Below are positions 11,371-22,500 of a DNA stretch of 64,000 bases, in pieces; position 1 is the first letter of the stretch; each line of letters opens with the position of its first letter. The notes beneath the pieces are model-generated. The model did no database searches. It was not told the DNA's origin and was given only the letters and a program-made list of their open reading frames with translations. Where the stretch lies: the NCBI GenBank assembly GCA_965603825.1, contig CBFDEM010000051.1, positions 434,001-498,000 on the forward strand, given 5' to 3'. Origin of the DNA: Blepharisma stoltei ATCC 30299 (Eukaryota; Protista; Ciliophora). A program made the translations under genes and the position numbers.

Positions 11371-11519
11371 ATATTTTGGTTAGAAATGATCCTTAAATAA
11401 TTAAATTTATTTCAAACACTAATACTTCTTACGTTAGCTATCCCAAATGAATTAAATCGACAATTAAAATCAAAATTCTGTTGTAAATAATAATATAAAA
11501 TAAATTAAAATCTTTACTC

Positions 11520-12680
11520 CTACCTAACTGCTGTAAGAGATGTTCATTCTCCTTCAAATGGATCATATTCAAATTTCAGTACGTGCTCAACTAACTTATC
11601 TGCATCTATTGCTAGCTGCAGTCTCGGTTCTCCATAATGCCCTTGGAATTTCAATGATAACTCAACGACTCCTGAAATATCCTCGTCGTTAATAACAAAA
11701 GGCTCTCTTCTCAGTCTTACTTTATTTCCGCTATATTTTGCAGTAATCCTTTTTAAATAGCTAAATGGAGTTTCATCACTATCAATTCCTTCACAAGCAA
11801 TTTGGCTTCTCCCATCATCAGCTGTTTTAGAAACCTTTAAGTACCTCACAATCTTGAATCTTGGTATTTCTAGGTTCAAAATTCCCATCAGTTTTTCCAT
11901 AACTGTGTCGCAGAAAGCATTGATCACCATATCAGCGGAATCATCTAGAGGAGTTCTCTGGAGGTTAACGATAACTAATTTTCCACCTCTTTTTTTGGTT
12001 TCTAAAGGAATGTTTGCGGCAGGAGTTACTCTTAAAGAAGATCCCATACAAAGGCATAAATCAGCATTTCTTCCATTAGTAAATCCAGCATTTATTACAT
12101 CTGAGTCTAGGTTTTCATGAAAATTAATAATTGTATCGATAAGCTCTCCATTGCATTCTTTATTATCACATCTATTTCCAGTCTCATGACTATGAACATG
12201 CCCATTAGTTCTAACTTCGTAATCTCTCAAGTACTCTTTTTTGCAGGTTTTGCATTTTTCGACATAAATATTCCCGTGAAGCTCAGCTAATTTTGAAGGA
12301 TGAATTCCGCTTTTTCTATGCAGGCCGTCAACATTTTGTGATACCAAAAATTTCATTACACCTTCTTCAATTAGTTTTACAAAGCACATATGAGTTGGGC
12401 TTGGGATCGCTTCAGTGATGTTCACAACATGAGTTCTTTTTGCTTTTTGCTGTTTCGCTAACTCTTCCCATGCACCTGGGCCTGTTGGCAATACTGTATT
12501 ATACCCACTGCGAAAATCAGGAATTCCGCACGAGGTGCTAACACCTGCACCTGTAAATCCGATAAAGTGTCTACTCTTTCTGATCCATTTAGCAAGTTTA
12601 CGAACCTTTGAGTCAATTACATCAGGAGGATCGAAAAATTCCTTTTTTTCTTCTTCAGTTTTGTGAGCAGAGGATGCCAT
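11520..12680 (-). CDS. NAD-dependent deacylase, class IV sirtuin (SIRT6/7-like)
   Basis: GAGVSTSCGIPDFR, SQNVDGLH, ELHGN, Zn cysteines, GSSLRV, VNLQRT. TGA 11544 read as Trp, TAG at 11520-11522. Confidence 0.92.
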
Positions 12681-12980
12681 CAGAACAAATTAGATTATTT
12701 CATATTCCCATTATTTTTTACTCATAAATGTTTAAGCTATTTTAAGGTAAAGGGTCTTCAAATATAAAATCAAGACTGCCGATATAGATGATTGCCATTA
12801 TTGTTTATTTGCTGGAATTTACTAGACATTAATCTAAGTTGGAAATTCTGAGAGTTCAAATTTGAGCCATTACTATTATCATTATGATAGCTATCTTTTT
12901 AGTCATTATGTTTACTTGAAAATTAAAATAGAGTTCGTTATACATAATTTAAGGTTATATATCAATTTAAAATTAAAATA

Positions 12981-13370
12981 ATGGAGAAAGGTGAAGATCT
13001 CATAAATTATTTAGATTCGTCAAAGATAGAAAGAAAGAAGCATGTAGAACTCGCAAAAAGATATCTAAATTTTACCATAAAAGAAGATGTAATTGTTACT
13101 TAGAAACTTGAAAAGCTTCCCTTTCTTTATTCTCCTAAGCAAAATCACTCTCATCTTCACAATTATTCGGCTTCAGAAAGGCCGAAAAGGAGGCATTTTA
13201 ACTTCCCTTCAATAAGAAAAAAGTCTCCGGATTGCATGATCCTTTGTTTTGGCAATCTGAATTCTTTTTCGTCTAATCAAAAGTCTGTAGTTAAAGAAGA
13301 GTCACCTTCTCAACTCAGATTTTATAATCATCCTTCATCAAGGAGAGTTGATTCAAATGCAGACTTATAA
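12981..13370 (+). CDS. Hypothetical 124-aa protein (absent from the ORF track)
   Basis: ATG 12981 after an AT-rich spacer, consensus intron 13089-13103, open frame to TAA 13368-13370. Confidence 0.7.
13089..13103 (+). other. 15-nt intron
   Basis: gtaattgttacttag, phase 0. Confidence 0.8.
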
Positions 13371-13521
13371 TTAAATTTTCTTGTTTTACTATACTCTATT
13401 TATTTCAGAGTCATAATGCTCACTTATATACATTTGCAATGAGAGAGGCTATTAAAGCATAATAACCTTATAAAAATATAACAATGCATATAGATTTAAT
13501 TTAGAGACTTTATCACACAAG

Positions 13522-14418
13522 ATGGAAAACAAAATTGAATATGTAGTAGAGTCACTTAGTCAGCTTTATTCTAAACTAAAGGAACAAAGAACGACAGAAT
13601 CCAAAGATCTGCAAGTTTTACCAGCAGATTTCAGAAGTAAAGGACAATTCCAAAAAATCCCAAAATTAATTATTAGGAATATATTTTTATTTCTAGATTT
13701 CCACAATGACATTCCATCGCTATACGAAACTTGCTATTTGTTTAAAGAAATAATTGCTTCGAGGCATTTTCAAGCAGGGATTGTCTATATAATGAGCCGG
13801 AAACCTATTAAGCAAAGACAGCCAAGCCAACCTTCAATGATTCCTCCAATAATTCCTCCGAATGAGTCTGACAATATCCAACTTCAAGCTGAATCTCAAG
13901 TTTTCACTAAAGAAGCTGCTTTAATTCAGCTAAAAACAGCAAATGCAGTCAAGGATTTTCTTGCAAATAAAATTGTTTCACAAGACAAAACGATTGACAA
14001 GCTAAAAAAAGAATTGGAAAAAACAAGCGATGAGCTCAGAATTCAAAAGCAGATCAATGCGAAAACGATGGCCAAAGTGTCAGGATTTCAGGAAAAATAT
14101 TCCACTGAGAAAAAATCAGCAACAGATGCCATAATAAAAATTGAGGAACTAACTGAGAAGCATCAGATTGAGGTTGATAGACTGAGAAACGAGATCAATA
14201 AATGTCAGAATGAGCAGCTGGAATTAAAGAAGCACAAAGCGGCGCTAAGAGGAGAAGTAATTAGGCTAAGGAATGAGTATCAAGAATGCACACAAAAGCT
14301 TATTCAGTATGTAGATGGAGTATCCAAAATGAAGAGCTACTTTGAAGCAATGTTTTCACCTAAGATTGCAGAAGTAGCAAAGAACATTGAAAACACCAAT
14401 AATATATTAAACAGTTAA
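13522..14418 (+). CDS. F-box-like plus coiled-coil protein
   Basis: IPKLIIRNIFLFLD..DIPSLYETCYLFKEII fits an F-box pattern; heptad-rich C-terminal half. Confidence 0.7.
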   Translation: MENKIEYVVESLSQLYSKLKEQRTTESKDLQVLPADFRSKGQFQKIPKLIIRNIFLFLDFHNDIPSLYETCYLFKEIIASRHFQAGIVYIMSRKPIKQRQPSQPSMIPPIIPPNESDNIQLQAESQVFTKEAALIQLKTANAVKDFLANKIVSQDKTIDKLKKELEKTSDELRIQKQINAKTMAKVSGFQEKYSTEKKSATDAIIKIEELTEKHQIEVDRLRNEINKCQNEQLELKKHKAALRGEVIRLRNEYQECTQKLIQYVDGVSKMKSYFEAMFSPKIAEVAKNIENTNNILNS

Positions 14419-14430
14419 TAAATAGCTTAA

Positions 14431-15243
14431 TTACGCAATGCTTCTTCCAAGGATTGTTCCACAATTACTGCATCTATGATACCTCATATTATTAAGCCAA
14501 ACGAGGCTGCTGCAGCATCCAAAAATGTTTTGAAAAAAATCCATAAATGAAGTTACAAATCTTGAATCATTTCTTATAATAACAACGCTATGAACATCCA
14601 TTTTGCAAAATTCGCAATAAACTGTGCAAGGGTTATTTCCTAATGCTGGAAGCGAATGGTTGGAGTTTTCTTTTTCTGTATGTAATTTTCTATACTTTTT
14701 AGCTGAAACATCTTTGATAGGAGCTTTTAATGCGAGATCAGCTTTAAAACTATCAATAATTTCATCATTTTCAACTAGGCTTTGCCTCTTTAAATTCAAG
14801 GCACTCAGGACTTCCTCAGAAGATAAAGACCAAGATTTTTTGTCGCTTTCGATTGATAATGATGTTTTTTCGGGTGAGTTTCGATCTAAATTTTTTCGCC
14901 TTTTCGAGTAGTTAATCAGAAATTTGGGTTGGATGAAATCAGGAGGAGTGGACAAAAACCTTCTATGCATTTTTGAAGATCGTGATAAATAGCAAGTGGA
15001 TGGAAAAATGCTTTTCATAGGAACTTCAAATTGCCAATCATTAAGCTCTGTGCTCTGGCTCTTTGGATCTAGCTGAAAATCTTCTCCCAGTGTTTTTTTA
15101 TACCATTTCTTTTGGTCATTGTTATCTTCAATATTGTCAATGTGGCTATGAGTAATAAAGCTGGATCCTTGAGTGTCGATTGATTCATTTGAACTCTTGA
15201 CAGAGTTGTTTTTTCGGAGAAAAATTTGTGGGGTGTCAACCAT
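14431..15243 (-). CDS. LITAF-like zinc ribbon protein
   Basis: C-terminal PCTVYCEFC...hydrophobic stretch...HRCSNCGTILG. Confidence 0.8.
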   Translation of the reverse strand: MVDTPQIFLRKNNSVKSSNESIDTQGSSFITHSHIDNIEDNNDQKKWYKKTLGEDFQLDPKSQSTELNDWQFEVPMKSIFPSTCYLSRSSKMHRRFLSTPPDFIQPKFLINYSKRRKNLDRNSPEKTSLSIESDKKSWSLSSEEVLSALNLKRQSLVENDEIIDSFKADLALKAPIKDVSAKKYRKLHTEKENSNHSLPALGNNPCTVYCEFCKMDVHSVVIIRNDSRFVTSFMDFFQNIFGCCSSLVWLNNMRYHRCSNCGTILGRSIA

Positions 15244-15294
15244 TCGTAATAATATTAAATCTAAAGTAATTTGTCGAATTTATATTTGATAATA

Positions 15295-16356
15295 TTAATC
15301 CTTAATTTTAGTTTTTAACATCTCATATACAAGCTTAAGCACTTGATCTTGAGTTGTTAGCTTTTCTGCTAATTCAGAATTGAAATCTTTGTAATTATTT
15401 TTGATTATTTGAGATCTGATTTCTTCAATGCAACTAAGTAAAATATTTTCGATTTCGCTTCTTGATTGGACTTCCTTGAAATATAAAATTTTATAATCTC
15501 TTAAATTTTGTTTTTCTATTTTAAGTAGTTTTTGTAATCGATTAATAATGGCTTCATATCGTAATGGTGTAAAGTCTTCAATTGAAGAGTTTCTTTTGCT
15601 AATTATTGGAGAGTTCAACGATGTCTCGATTCCAATATGTTTAGCGGAAGCTGAAATTGTTGAGTGAACTGGAGTAATAAGGACTGAAGATAGGTCTCCT
15701 TTTTTCTCATTTCTTTTTATATCAAAAATTCGTTTTTCAAGTCCATTTATTTCGAGTTTTGCTTGACGAAGCTCTGATCGCAGTCTTTTATTTTCTGATT
15801 CATAAAAAGTATTCTTCGATTCAATCATTGAAATAGAAGCTTTTAATAATTCGTAGTCAGTTTCTAATTCTTTTTCCTTTTTAACCAGTTTATCGATTTG
15901 CTCGAATTTTTCTTTTTTTTCTCGTTCAAGGCTTCCAATTATGTCTTGAAGCTTTGCATTGAACTCAATAGTCAATAAATCTTCTTTTTTAGTCACTAAT
16001 TCATCAATTTTATCTTGAAGGGTTTGAAGGAGTTTAAACATTTTTTCATAAGTTTGGGTGATAACCTCTTCATTTTGTTCAACAACTTCAGCTGAATATT
16101 TTAAAGGATTTGCTTTCGATCTGAGTTCTTTTAGATAACTTGCGACTAAATTTTTAAATTTGTACTCAGAACTCTCAACAAAGGTTTCTCTTGTCTCCCA
16201 ATGTTTAACTACATTGACCAGCTCTGTATTTTTGCCTCTTAAGAACTCAATTTCTTTTTGGAGTTCCGTGAGCTGTATACCTCGATTGCTTTTTACAGGT
16301 GGCAAAATAAGTGAATCACTTATTCTTACATGATAGTTTGTGTGGGCCTTACTCAT
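15295..16356 (-). CDS. Coiled-coil protein of unknown function
   Basis: 353-aa ORF, E/K/L-rich. Confidence 0.8.
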   Translation of the reverse strand: MSKAHTNYHVRISDSLILPPVKSNRGIQLTELQKEIEFLRGKNTELVNVVKHWETRETFVESSEYKFKNLVASYLKELRSKANPLKYSAEVVEQNEEVITQTYEKMFKLLQTLQDKIDELVTKKEDLLTIEFNAKLQDIIGSLEREKKEKFEQIDKLVKKEKELETDYELLKASISMIESKNTFYESENKRLRSELRQAKLEINGLEKRIFDIKRNEKKGDLSSVLITPVHSTISASAKHIGIETSLNSPIISKRNSSIEDFTPLRYEAIINRLQKLLKIEKQNLRDYKILYFKEVQSRSEIENILLSCIEEIRSQIIKNNYKDFNSELAEKLTTQDQVLKLVYEMLKTKIKD

Positions 16357-16424
16357 AAATTAATATTAAATAAATAAAGCAAATATATTTATATTACTAA
16401 AATATACTTTTGTGAAAAATAAAG

Positions 16425-17189
16425 CTACTCGTCGTCGCTTGGACTGGTCGTATAATTCAATGCGCTTTTCGAAGTCTGATCCAAATTTAGTTCAATATTT
16501 ACAAGGATTTGCTGATTTTCTTTTCTTAGTCAGTTTTCATTGTCTTTCGGAAAAAATTGAGTAAAGCTCTCTGAAATTTGAGCATTCGTCGTGGTGCTAC
16601 TCGAACTTAATGATTTATTTTTGTGTTTCATCGAAAAATATAATTTGTCTGAGCTATCAAATAAAACATGTGATTTTTTTATATTAAATTTTTCCTTGAA
16701 TTTTTTATCGTTTGAAACATTTTTAATACCGGTTTTAGATTTTAAATCGGAGCTATTTCGGCTAGTTTTGATTTTTGCATTATGTTTTGATGTAAGGAGA
16801 GTGTCAAAAGCAGTTTTCCTAATCGGAATGGTAGTAATTTTAGTTTTTGAAATTGCTTTTTGCGACCTTGGTGTCGAAGTATTCTTATTTATATGCAACT
16901 TGCTGCTTTGTTTCTTGATTTGGGTATCTTCTAATAACTTTTCTCCAATAATTGCATTAGGTTCTGAAGCATGCCTTTCATGGATATTCAAATTTTCGAC
17001 ATCTGACAGCTTCTCTTTTTCGCTTTTAACAGTAATTAAGTGCACAACCCCAGCGCTATTGATAACCTCAAATGTTTGAATTCCATAAAGAAGCGTTTTC
17101 TTTATAACTTCTAATCAATCTTTTTCTGGGAATTGCTTCAAAAAATTATAGATAGATTCTTCTCCTATCAACTCTGACAGTAAATCCAT
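16425..17189 (-). CDS. Hypothetical protein (254 aa), basic and low-complexity
   Basis: ATG 17189 (MDLLSEL), two TGA=Trp codons extend the 171-aa track ORF, TAG at 16425-16427. Confidence 0.75.
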
Positions 17190-17838
17190 ATTATGAAATA
17201 AATCAACAATAGATTTATATTAGATAAATCTAAATATTACTCTTGTATATCATAGAATATGTTTATCATAATGAAATCGATTTATTTTTTTACTTTATAA
17301 TTTTGCTCATTTAATGCATTAGAATTACCCACCGAAAATATAATTTTTCAAAGCTAACTATTTTTATAATTTTATTAACGTTTAAAACTTAATAATTCAC
17401 TATAATTGTTTGCATAATGGCATGAGATTTTTGTTTAGTCTTGATAATGCACACCATTTTTACCCAATTAGAAAAGTGACATCACATATGATTTAATAAT
17501 CAAAATTTTAATTTGCAGGTTTACTTATTTTAAAAAGAGATATTTATCAGTATTAAGCAGTTAAAACTATAAATTAGATTTAATAAATAATTCTTTGTAT
17601 TTGCTCATAAATAAAGCCTTGGCATAAAAGACTAATTTGACTCATATTAACTAAATCAATTTTATAGCGGTAAATTTTTTTTAATTGAAAATATAAGCAT
17701 ATTCCAATAGAAATTTAATTTCTGTTTTTGCTAATAATTCATAAATCATTTGAATTAATTTGATAGTGTTGATATTTTCCAGCATCTCTTCAAAATTTAC
17801 TTCTTCCAACTACTATATTTCCATATTTAATAGTGCGG

Positions 17839-19515
17839 ATGATAATGAATTTCGCATCACTTCTAAACAGCTTTAAATTTTTGCAAAACTCAGAGTTGAT
17901 AGAAAATTTACTGGAAAAAGAAGACCTTAAGCTTGAAGAAGTTCTTGATGCAAACGAAGAAGCAATAATGGAAGTTAAAAAAGGAAATCAAAAATTAATT
18001 AATTTTCTGGTTCCTAGCCACCTTGATAAATTAATTGATTATATCACGCTCGAGCCTCAAGACACTTCTAACCACAATCAATGCTACAAGTATCCATTTG
18101 TATCAAACGAAATCCTGAACAGCGAATGCCATGAACTTTTGAATACTTTTTGTGCCGATAAAACATTTTTGAATCATCTATTCAAATTTTTAGATGCAGA
18201 CTTACCGAGCAACCTCATCCTTGCTGGCTATTTTTCGCGGACATTGCATAGCTTGCTGATGAGGAACAGCTATGAGCTACTTTCTTATCTTTACGACGTT
18301 AACGAATACGGTAAAGCATTGACAAAACATTTATATAGCAAAAGCATTTGTGATATCTTAGAAAGGATTCTCGGGTGTGAAAATCATAAAAACCCTGCAT
18401 TTAAATCAGAGCTTTTTGAAGTAATTGAACTAATTTTGGAGAATGTTTCGTCCACAAAATCGCCGGAAGCTGCGATAAATGCAAGCACGCTTCTTGCCAA
18501 TTTGATTACAAAAACTTCAGAAGTTTCATGTGCGCTTGATATTGCAGATTATCTATCAGGAGACGAAAAAATCGTAACATTGTTATTTGATAGGCTATTT
18601 AATGACGAATTTCATGTATCTAGAGGGGCTGCTTTAATAATACAAGCCCTTATAAATAACATTCTGGCTAAAGATGCTGAAGAAGAAAACAGCATAGAAG
18701 ATGATACGATTCCGCTGATAGATTACATGGTAAACAACTTCAATAAATTTACAGAAAGCTTACGAAAGAAGCCAAATATGGCACTTAAGTGTGCTAATAA
18801 GGTGGAATTTATTCCTTTAGGAGAATTCAGGCTGAGGATCATTGAAATTTTAGGAGCAATGATTAGGCTGCCATATGAAAATTTAAAAGAAAAAATAGCA
18901 GAAAGCGATTCTATACCGATAATTACAGTAATTTCTATAAAGGAACTATTTTCAGAATACCGCTGGAACAGCCTTCTTCATTCTGCATACGAAAGGTTAG
19001 TTAAAAACATTTTGATTTCGAGCCACTCTAAACTTAAAGATGCAGTAATATTTATTTAGCTCTTAATAAAAGGCGATCTACCTACAACTCTTATAAAATT
19101 CAGTATCGCAAGCAATGAAAGAGATTTCAGAATCGGCTTGATGGGGCATGTAACAAGAATCGGCAACACTCTTGTCAAACATTTGTCTGGCACTTTTATT
19201 AGCGAAGATTGGAATACTTTCACTGAAAGGTACCTTTCCTTACAAAATGAAATGGAATCTAGGGTTCTTGGAGGCAGATCTCGAATAATGAGCTTCGATT
19301 TGACTGATCACTTCATGGACTCCAATTCAGATAAAAATCAAGACAGCATGTTTGATAATATTGATTATAACTTTGAAAAAAATAACGCAATTCAAGAGGA
19401 AGAGATTGAACATGAAGAAATTAATGAACAGCCTCAAGCAGTTTCTGTCGATGAATTTTCGAGCATTAACTTCTGGAAAATCAAAGTCATGCAGCCAGTT
19501 GAAGATTTAGAATAA
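17839..19515 (+). CDS. SAPS-domain protein phosphatase 6 regulatory subunit
   Basis: LEEVLD, KLINFL, YKYPFVSNEIL, LAGYFSR, PLGEFRLRIIE, WNSLLH, MGHVTRI. Introns 18928-18942 (probable) and 19045-19059. Start could be ATG 17845. Confidence 0.9.
18928..18942 (+). other. Probable stop-free in-frame 15-nt intron
   Basis: gtaatttctataaag fits the consensus; reads VISIK if retained. Confidence 0.7.
19045..19059 (+). other. 15-nt intron
   Basis: gtaatatttatttag, phase 0, ends in an in-frame TAG. Confidence 0.9.
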
Positions 19516-19554
19516 ATTTTTTTAAAGCAAATATTGTCAAATTAACCTTTTAAG

Positions 19555-22500
19555 TTAGAGAGAAATATTGAATTTTTGAGCAGATTTGGTACCTGCTGGC
19601 GCAAGATCTTCACTTTGAACGTCTTTCCAGACCCACTGATCAGGAGTAGACCACTGTTTGAGGCTAAGCCAAATTAATTCTCCAATATTGGCTTCTACCT
19701 TAGCTTTGACCCACAATTGTCCTGCTTGGTCTAAAACATCAACTTCTTCTCCAATTTTGAATTTGCAGTTCAAGTCTTCGTCAGAATCCCAATCATCAGG
19801 AGAATTAGGAGCTTCTCCTTGAGACAGTTTCTTACACTTTGCCAGCATCACTTGATAAGCAGGCCTTATATGCTCATCAGTCTGCGTTGAGGTATTTTTG
19901 AATGATGAATAAGTGACTTTCATATACTGGGTAATCCATTTTTCTAGTCATTGCAAGTCTTCAGTGTTCTGAACCATACATTGGCGAATTACAGGGTATT
20001 TTGATGTAATTTTGTATATGTAATTTATACTTTGCTCGACTTCGCTTTGATATTTACAAGATTTCATGGTTTTGAACATGTAGGCTAAGAAGTTCTCAAT
20101 TTTAGGCTTTTGTATTGAGTCTTCATGGATCAAGAATGGGGTGAAAACTCTCAGGTATTTAGCTTTAAAGTAATATTCAGCATTCTGATAGCACTCTTTA
20201 AGTGCTCTCATGTACGCGTTAGTGGTGTTCAAGTCATCATGGCATATTTCTGCGTAGAGCTTTCCAATACTTCTAGCTGCAAGCTTCGAGTCGATTTCTC
20301 TTAAGATAAATGTGATGGTGCTTGGCTGCTTCAAGTGTAGTTTTTTCTCTTCTGAAAGGTGTGCGCGGAAAATAAAAAGCGTATGATAAAGATGGGAATT
20401 TGATGAGCCTTTTGAGTCTGCAAAGAAGCTATCATCTTTGATGGAATTTTCAGTCTGCATATACTTATCATAGCCTAAGCAAATATCAGAATTCTTAAAA
20501 GGCGGAGGAGATGGGCACTTGTAAGTGTCTCTAAGGAGATGAGCCACAAGGATATCTATCGCTCCGTAATCTTGGGCAGCGTTGGGAACTCTTAAAATAG
20601 ATTCTTTGAGAATTTCTAAAAACTGAGCATAATGCTTGGAATGCTTTTTGTGGGCATATGTCAAATAATTAATTTGCCACTTGAAAAAGTTGACTCGGAC
20701 TTCCTCTGAAACACACTTGAGACAAGTTTTCACAAGCCCAACTAAGTATCTCCTAACCAAATGCACTGGACAATGTATTAGAAGCTCTTTTGCCACACTT
20801 TCTACACTAAGCATCTCTAGTACCCACTCACTCATTTCTGGATTTTCTGATAAGACTTTACTGACTCTTTGGCTAATAGCAACTAGTTCATGTCTTTTTT
20901 CTTTGGTTCTGATTAGTATGGTCAGCAAAAATTGAATTAAAAATTTATCTGGTGGGCTTTCAAGTTTGCTTAGTCCCATCACAAATCTTGAATATTCATG
21001 GCCAAAAATATGTCTCGATCTCCAGTATTTCTGATTTTGTGCACGAACTTGTTTATAGTGTTCTAGATCCTCTGCTTCCTTTACATTTAAGTCGACTCTT
21101 TCAATATTTTCATCATCAGGCTCTCTTGATTTATATATCCCTGACCTCTCGTAAAACAGCAGGTACCCATTTCCATATTTTTCTCGGATTCCTGAAGTTT
21201 GGAAACTTGTATATGAAGACCAAGAATATTTTTCCTCGCCTCCAAAGCAGTCATTTGGGATGTCTTTAGGATCAATTTCTCTTACCCAGTTATCGTTGAA
21301 TTCATACCATTTATTTTGTTTTGCGTCAAAAATATATGAGTAATAGTGCCCGCTTTCAGCTGTGCCTGAATGGATGACTATCCCTCTCAATGAATATTTA
21401 TAATATTCATCTGGGAATTTTTTATTAGGTATAGTGACGTCTTTTCCAGCTTGCTTTTCTTTTTCTTTTTCTATCCTTTCAAGACCTTCTTGCGTGTATG
21501 GCTCCATATCAAGTTCATGAGGAAATTCATAGTAGTCATTAAGCTTTAGTCTATTCATTGTGTCGAAATCAAATTCAAATCTTCTCAGCGCTACAACAAG
21601 GAAATTAGGTAGATGCTTCACGCAGACTCTTCTAATAGCTCTCACTTTAGCATCACAATGATCACATTGATAGGCGTTCTCTCCTTCAAGCATCTCGCCA
21701 GCTACATAACTTTCCAGTCCTTCTATAACTGATTTTTTGGTTTTCACTTCTACAGGAATAGATAAGAAAGGCTCAATTCTTTCACTTCTGTGTGTGCAAT
21801 CTTTTCCAATAATCTCTGTCGCCTGAAGACCGCCAAAGTGAGCTTTAATTGTTTTTGCTTGCTCAGTGCCTTTTAGCTGGTCTTCAAGCTTGTCCATAAA
21901 GCTGCCAAAAAATTCATCTACATCCATTTGCTCCATCGGGTTGATTGGGTTTCCTTCAAAGTCCTTGAAAACTTTGGCAAATCCTTTAGTGTTGATATAT
22001 TGTTTATCACTATGCTTTAATCCTGAAAAAATATGCTGCAGCTGGTATAGTAAGCTTTCCTCGTATGGCTTTGGAGGAGGGGAATTTAAAATAGCTTCTC
22101 TAAAGGTAGAAATCATGAACAGCTGCTGGAGGAGAGAGTTCATATAACAGGTGCACCCTAAGTTTTTGAGACCCACATATCCAGTTAGTGACTTTTCTTT
22201 CGAAGCAGGTGAATTGTTCCAATCTGCTCGTCGAGCAGTACGCCAATTAGGCTCTTCATGGAAATGAGCTAGATCTGAAGTTATTGCTCCTAAAAAGCTT
22301 TCATCCATTTGAGAGAGCTCTAATAGCAGGTCAAAAGTTTGATTTCTCGTGTCCATGTGTTTGCATTTAGGAGGAGTAATTCCATTTCTATCAATTTTAT
22401 CAGGAACTTCGAAAAGGCATTTCGACAAAAAGAGCTTCAAGTGCTCATCAGGATCAGGCACAATATCAGTTTTTTTCCAAGTATTTGCTAATACCTTAAT

